From positions 2,816,001 through 2,880,000 of the forward strand of contig OZ220741.1 of NCBI GenBank assembly GCA_965116885.1: 64,000 nt of DNA, written 5' to 3'. Positions 59,063-64,000 of this stretch are shown here, in pieces. The number at the start of each line of letters is the position of its first letter. Position 1 is the stretch's first letter. The notes beneath the pieces were generated by a model. It made no database searches, was not told where the DNA came from, and saw nothing but the letters and a program-made list of their open reading frames with translations. The stretch comes from Candidatus Latescibacterota bacterium (GTDB lineage: Bacteria; Latescibacterota; UBA2968). The translations under genes were made by a program, and so were the position numbers.

Positions 59063-60049
59063 TTATTCCCTTTCCATCGGATATTTCAATCCCCATTGCT
59101 CTCGAATCGCGTCCAGTGTCTGCATATTGGCAAGCGTATCGTCGTGTGACATGAGATCGCTTTCCAGCTTGCCTTCTCTTACGCAGCGGGCCACTTCGGC
59201 GGCTTCGCATTCGTATCCATTTCCAGCGCATTCCAGTGTCACCTCTTCCTCTTTGTCGCCAGCGGATAGGATTGCCGTGCGGGCGTCCCAAAACTTCGGT
59301 ACTGTGATCATGCCATCCGTGCCCAGAATTTTCGCTTCGTGTGGTGTTTTGATTCGCACGCCACATGAGATCAATGCGAGTTGCCCTTTGTCGTAGCCAA
59401 ATACGATCGCTGCCTGTTCATCTACGCCGGTCTCGCCAATATGCGCCTGGCTCGAAATGGTGGCAGGTTGTGTGTCGAAGATCATGGATGCATAGGAGAT
59501 GGGGTAGATGCCTATATCGAGCAGTCCGCCGCCGCCGAGTGCGAGATCGAATAAGCGCCCCTTGGGGTTGAGGCGGGCGCGAAATCCAAAATCGGCGTAT
59601 AACATCCGCACTTCGCCAATTGCGCCGTCTGTGACCCACGTCTTTACCTGTTGGGTGATGGGCAAAAATCGGGTCCACATGGCTTCCATCAAAAACACGC
59701 CTTCGCTGCGGGCGACTTCGATAACTTCTCTGGCTTCGTGCTGGTTGATTGTAAATGGTTTTTCGCACAATACGGGCTTGGCCGCTTTCAGGCATAAGAT
59801 GCTGTTCTCTTTGTGAAAGGGATGGGGCGTTGCCACATAAACCGCATCGACTTCTGGATCTTCGGCGAGTGCTTCATAAGAGGCGTGGCGGTTGGGTACA
59901 TCATACGTATCGGCAAAGGCGTCGGCGCGCTCCTGACTGCGCGATCCCACGGCGACGAGTTGTGCATCGTCGAGGGCGCGCAATCCCGTGGCGAACTTGT
60001 GTGCAATACTGCCGGGACCGATAATGCCCCAGCGGAAAATATCACCCAT
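59063..60049 (-). CDS. Gfo/Idh/MocA family oxidoreductase
   Basis: WGIIGPGSIA, YVATPH..H, CEKP, EAMWTRF, GGGLLDIGIY. Confidence 0.93.
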   Translation of the reverse strand: MGDIFRWGIIGPGSIAHKFATGLRALDDAQLVAVGSRSQERADAFADTYDVPNRHASYEALAEDPEVDAVYVATPHPFHKENSILCLKAAKPVLCEKPFTINQHEAREVIEVARSEGVFLMEAMWTRFLPITQQVKTWVTDGAIGEVRMLYADFGFRARLNPKGRLFDLALGGGGLLDIGIYPISYASMIFDTQPATISSQAHIGETGVDEQAAIVFGYDKGQLALISCGVRIKTPHEAKILGTDGMITVPKFWDARTAILSAGDKEEEVTLECAGNGYECEAAEVARCVREGKLESDLMSHDDTLANMQTLDAIREQWGLKYPMERE

Positions 60050-60066
60050 TGTTTATCCTTTTCTTA

Positions 60067-60795
60067 TCAGGAGGTTGAAAATAGAACATACAAAATCATG
60101 CGTAAGGCGAGCAGTGTTACCAGCCACCGCAAAAGCACGCGAAAATGGTGTTCGGGCACGCGCCCGCGAATCAGAGTTCCCAGGTAAGACCCCAGAGATG
60201 CCGAGGCGATCATGCCAACGACCAATTTCCAATAGGGTGCAAAGACAAATCCCAAAAACCCAAATGTCAAAATTTTCATCGCATGGCTTGATGCCATCTG
60301 AACCGAATGCGTGATTACCGTGCGATCGCGGGGCAGGTTTTCTCGCAGGAGAAATGGCATATTGAGCGGACCACTTACACCAAAAAACAAGGATAAAGCA
60401 GTTTGAAGAGCACCCAGCAGTGTGAATTTTGCGGGCAAATCGGGCGCGCGGGAAAATTTGGGCATCCAGGTGATGAGCAATATAAAAATACCCAAAAAGA
60501 GGGGCATGGTTTCCCATTCAATGTCGGCAATAAAACGAGAACCCAGTGCGGCGCCAATCACTGTTCCGATTGCATATTGCCCCACGAGACGCCATTCGGT
60601 ATGCTTGAGGCCATAGAGCGCGCGGCTCAAATTGCTGGCAATTTGCACCAGTCCGTGAACCGGGATAATCGCCGCAGCGGGAAGAAAACCCGGCATAATC
60701 GCAATGAGGACAACGCCGCCACCAACGCCGCCAACAGCCGCGATCATCGATGTTATACACGCCGCCCCGATTAAAAACCAGTCCGCTATTTCCAT
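60067..60795 (-). CDS. Sulfite exporter TauE/SafE family
   Basis: G.GGG, IPVHG..Q..SN..R, G.SGP. About 8 TMs, downstream of a sulfatase. Confidence 0.85.
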   Translation of the reverse strand: MEIADWFLIGAACITSMIAAVGGVGGGVVLIAIMPGFLPAAAIIPVHGLVQIASNLSRALYGLKHTEWRLVGQYAIGTVIGAALGSRFIADIEWETMPLFLGIFILLITWMPKFSRAPDLPAKFTLLGALQTALSLFFGVSGPLNMPFLLRENLPRDRTVITHSVQMASSHAMKILTFGFLGFVFAPYWKLVVGMIASASLGSYLGTLIRGRVPEHHFRVLLRWLVTLLALRMILYVLFSTS

Positions 60796-60802
60796 GCACT
60801 CA

Positions 60803-62251
60803 TCACCAGGTCATATAATGCGTCACAGGTTCGCCCTGTTTGGCAGTAAAGCGATCGTATTTCGGATGGATGAAATCTTCGGTTGCATCCATGTGGGCGT
60901 AAAAAGCTCGCGTCATCTCTTCTCTTTTTTCCGGTTGGGTGTCATATAAATTGTTTAGTTCAAAGGGATCGTCGATTAGATTGTACAACTCGCCGTAATT
61001 TTTTGCCGGATAGTGAATATATTTCCATTCCCGCGTGCGGATGCAGCGTTTATCGACTGCTTCGGCAAAGATTATGTCTCGTATTTCCGATTGTTCGCCA
61101 TTTATTAGCGGCGATAAATCCAGGCCCTGCACGCATTCGGGCGCATCAAAACCCGATAGCCGCGCGATTGTGGGAAATAGATCTACGGTTTCGATCAGGG
61201 CGTCACAGTCGCTGCCAGCATGACCGGGTATGGCGATAAAGCAAGGTATGTGTAACATGCAGTCGAGGAGAAATGGCGCTTTGGCCGGGATACCGTGATC
61301 GCCTAAAAATTCACCGTGGTCCGATAGAAAGATCACGATGGTCTCATCCGCCACGCCTTTTTTTTCCAATGTTTCAAGGATTAGCCCTACTTGATGGTCA
61401 ATTTGCGAGACCATGCCGTAATACGCCGCCTTCATTTTGCGAAATGTGTCGTCGGAAGCCCGGTCAAATCCGCGGTATTTGTGGTGTTCTGCTTTGAAAT
61501 ACAAACTGTATTCGGGCGGTTTTTTTGCAATGTCGTTATCCGCGCGCCGAAAGGAGGGCATCGCGTTGGGATCGTACATATTTGCAAAGCGCCCAGAAGG
61601 GACATAGGGATGGTGCGGCCCGTAGAATCCCACCCATAAGAAAAAGGGGTTGCTCGTATCCAGTCCTTCGAGGTATTCAATGCTTTTCATTCCCACATAG
61701 GCATCGATGTGGCAATCTTCGGGGAGACCGGATGGCACGGCGCCGAGGTTTTTGCGAAAATTGGGCAGGGCGTATCCCGTTTTATACTCGTATCCCTGGT
61801 CGCGAACATATTGTTCAAATGGATTGGGATCGGTGACTGTATAATTTCCATCTGCGCGCTCTTTCCATCCCCGCCGTATTCCCACGGCGTCCATGTGATC
61901 GAGTATCTGTCGAAAACGCTGCTGCCCAATGCCGTGTTTGCCCACGCTGGCGGTTGTATAGCCCTGGTTTTTGAACGCTTCTACCATTGTAATTTCATTT
62001 TCGTTGAGCTTTGATCCATTCCATTTTACGCCGTGATTTTTGGGATAACGCCCGGTCATGAATGTCGCACGCGACGGAGAACACACGGGATTTTGCACAA
62101 AGCATTTTGAAAATCGCATGCTCCTTTCAGATAGGGCGTCAATCGCAGGCGTTTGTATGACGCGGTCCCCCGTGTATCCCAGCGTATCGTATCGCAAATG
62201 GTCTGTTGTTATAAATACAATATTGGGTCGTTTCATCATTGCATACCTCAT
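60803..62251 (-). CDS. Sulfatase (Cys-type)
   Basis: PNIVFITTDH.R, NPVCSPSR, GKH, GPHHP, SDHGEFLGDHG. The exact start Met is uncertain. Confidence 0.92.
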   Translation of the reverse strand: MRYAMMKRPNIVFITTDHLRYDTLGYTGDRVIQTPAIDALSERSMRFSKCFVQNPVCSPSRATFMTGRYPKNHGVKWNGSKLNENEITMVEAFKNQGYTTASVGKHGIGQQRFRQILDHMDAVGIRRGWKERADGNYTVTDPNPFEQYVRDQGYEYKTGYALPNFRKNLGAVPSGLPEDCHIDAYVGMKSIEYLEGLDTSNPFFLWVGFYGPHHPYVPSGRFANMYDPNAMPSFRRADNDIAKKPPEYSLYFKAEHHKYRGFDRASDDTFRKMKAAYYGMVSQIDHQVGLILETLEKKGVADETIVIFLSDHGEFLGDHGIPAKAPFLLDCMLHIPCFIAIPGHAGSDCDALIETVDLFPTIARLSGFDAPECVQGLDLSPLINGEQSEIRDIIFAEAVDKRCIRTREWKYIHYPAKNYGELYNLIDDPFELNNLYDTQPEKREEMTRAFYAHMDATEDFIHPKYDRFTAKQGEPVTHYMTW

Positions 62252-62988
62252 AGCAAATCGTTACTTAAAATTGTTGGGCACCAGAATTTTTCAATAAACG
62301 AGATTACCAATTGCGTGCCCGCTTCATGGCTCACATAAGGCGGCTTTGCGGGGTTGTACATCGCATCGGTCAAATCTCGAATTAGCGCGACCTGGATGCC
62401 CCAGCGCGTCATTTGTTTGATTGCAAACGTGCGATGCAACACGCACATGTTGGTATGTACACCCATGATGAGCATTTTGCCGATTTCCCGATGCTGCATA
62501 TAGCTGTAGATTTCGTGTCCCTGATCGGAAATAATATCCCGTTCCTGGTCAATATCTATCCCCGCGTGTTGCCGCGTCCAGACTTGCGTATTGATTTTAT
62601 TGGGATCTTCACCTGTGTCTGACCCGCCATCCGAATCGTCGATTGGCAGCGGGGGATCAGCGTGATCCAAATTTTCGGGGGGTTCAATGGATGGGACATC
62701 CAATACCCGTCTCCGCGCAAGCGTATTGGCATAAACATCGAGTGTGCCCGAGGGTGCGTGAATAATGGTCACACCTTGCTTTCTCGCGCTTTGCACTACG
62801 GCGTGCATGCGGGGAATCATTGCTTCTAATCGCTCAACTGCACCGCGACACCAGTGGTTGTTCCATACATCGCATAATAACAGGACTGTTTGTTCGGGAG
62901 GCCAATAGACGCGTTCTGTGATTGTTTCCCAAACCGTGTGTTCACTGTCATCCCACAATAAGGACTGCCTCTGCATGGTTAGATTCAT
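62248..62988 (-). CDS. Isochorismatase/cysteine hydrolase family protein
   Basis: LLCDVW..HWC, IIHAPS, GVHTNMCV, RDLTD. Start at ATG 62988 after GGAGG. Confidence 0.75.
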   Translation of the reverse strand: MNLTMQRQSLLWDDSEHTVWETITERVYWPPEQTVLLLCDVWNNHWCRGAVERLEAMIPRMHAVVQSARKQGVTIIHAPSGTLDVYANTLARRRVLDVPSIEPPENLDHADPPLPIDDSDGGSDTGEDPNKINTQVWTRQHAGIDIDQERDIISDQGHEIYSYMQHREIGKMLIMGVHTNMCVLHRTFAIKQMTRWGIQVALIRDLTDAMYNPAKPPYVSHEAGTQLVISFIEKFWCPTILSNDLL

Positions 62989-63008
62989 CGCGTCCTCCAT
63001 ATTAAAGA

Positions 63009-63830
63009 TCAGGTTTCCCACACCAACCGAGGCCCCTCGTCCATCCCGCATACCACCCCCAATTGTCTCTCGCGCTGATAGCCCAGACAATGAGAAATAT
63101 ACGTCACACCCTCGATTTCTCGATACCGATTGCGATGCTGATGACCGTATATGTGAATCGATGAACCGCGTTTTCGCAATAGGCGATCTAAGGCTATTGT
63201 GCCAGCCACCCGACTGAAATTGAAATTCGACGCGTTCGTCAATGGGCGCGGACGGGGAGCGGAATGGGACCTGCCAAAGAGCAACTCCCGTCTGGGCAAA
63301 AAGTGGCTAAAGGTAATGACTGGCCCATCGCCCTGAACAGGCGCGGTATTTTGGGCCAGCATATAGTGTGCAATGGGTCGCTCGTTCTCGGGCCAGCGAA
63401 TCAGACGGTTGTCCGCCCACATGTGCAACGCTGCGTCTTCTCCTTCCTGGGGCACGTACAAACTGTCGGCACTTTCTTCGGGTTTTTCATACCACGACAA
63501 AAGCGGTACAATTTGTACACCCGGCAATTGCGCCCACGAGGTTTCTATGTCCAACACGTTGCACAAAGCCATAAGCGCGTGGAATTTCTCCAACGAGTCG
63601 CATCGCTCATTGGGCCTCACCCACAAATCGTGATTGCCCGGTACAAAAAAAACGCGTGCAAATTTTTGCTTCAGTCCGCACAGGGTATCGCGCATCGGGT
63701 CGGCGCGGTCAGTTATATCTCCGGCCACAATTACCACATCATCGGTGAAATCGCAATTGGAAAGCCGCTGCACCCACCGATGGTTTTCCTTATAATCGAT
63801 GTGCAAATCAGAAATGGCAAAAACGCGCAT
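63009..63830 (-). CDS. Metallophosphoesterase (calcineurin-like)
   Basis: SDLH, AGDI, PGNHDLW, FSHF, YGHQH. Confidence 0.9.
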   Translation of the reverse strand: MRVFAISDLHIDYKENHRWVQRLSNCDFTDDVVIVAGDITDRADPMRDTLCGLKQKFARVFFVPGNHDLWVRPNERCDSLEKFHALMALCNVLDIETSWAQLPGVQIVPLLSWYEKPEESADSLYVPQEGEDAALHMWADNRLIRWPENERPIAHYMLAQNTAPVQGDGPVITFSHFLPRRELLFGRSHSAPRPRPLTNASNFNFSRVAGTIALDRLLRKRGSSIHIYGHQHRNRYREIEGVTYISHCLGYQRERQLGVVCGMDEGPRLVWET

Positions 63831-63877
63831 GGGTTATCCAGTTGAAATAGCCATAAAAATCACAAAAGAAATCGCGC

Positions 63878-64000
63878 TCAATACCTCACATCGACCAGCC
63901 ACGCGCTTTTGGGATTTTTTTCCCAGTGTTGGCGCAACACCTGTTCGTTTGGGCAGAATTCACCGCGATAGGCGACCCCACCATGAGAGATATTAAAGCT
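63878..64000 (-). CDS. 3' end of an unidentified gene entering from the window edge
   Basis: Open frame SFNISHGG...WLVDVRY* ends 47 bp before the next gene. The frame is uncertain. Confidence 0.3.
   Translation of the reverse strand, partial: SFNISHGGVAYRGEFCPNEQVLRQHWEKNPKSAWLVDVRY

Noticed and set aside
1..64000. tRNA, rRNA, riboswitch, prophage or sel genes
   Set aside because: No cloverleaf, rRNA, integrase, phage structural or selABCD signature was recognised by eye. A covariance-model search was not possible.

Overview
A 64 kb piece of bacterial chromosome, densely coding, with moderate GC. Three Cys-type sulfatases, a DUF6785-type membrane protein, PhyH, AKR, Gfo/Idh/MocA and short-type parE/parC suggest an uncultured FCB-group heterotroph such as Latescibacterota or Gemmatimonadota; this is inference only. 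Housekeeping genes are mtnA, rsfS, carA, pyrC, parE-parC, gltB-gltD, a nitrite/sulfite reductase, moaA, smc, mutT and rraA. They are interspersed with catabolic enzymes and intact or decayed toxin-antitoxin modules, including an IS630 scar. I saw no rRNA, tRNA or CRISPR array. The top finding is an M20D/AbgB-like amidohydrolase (51163-52485) split by a single in-frame TGA exactly at the conserved metal-binding Cys (GHG-UGA-GHN). A SECIS-like hairpin follows it, making this a candidate selenocysteine-containing metallohydrolase. Other notable items are tandem NrdR-box-like operators over the smc promoter, a fused DUF4160-DUF2442 gene, an in-frame deletion in rraA, two uncalled small proteins and dispersed short tandem-repeat elements. 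All family assignments come from motif recognition by eye, not database searches.
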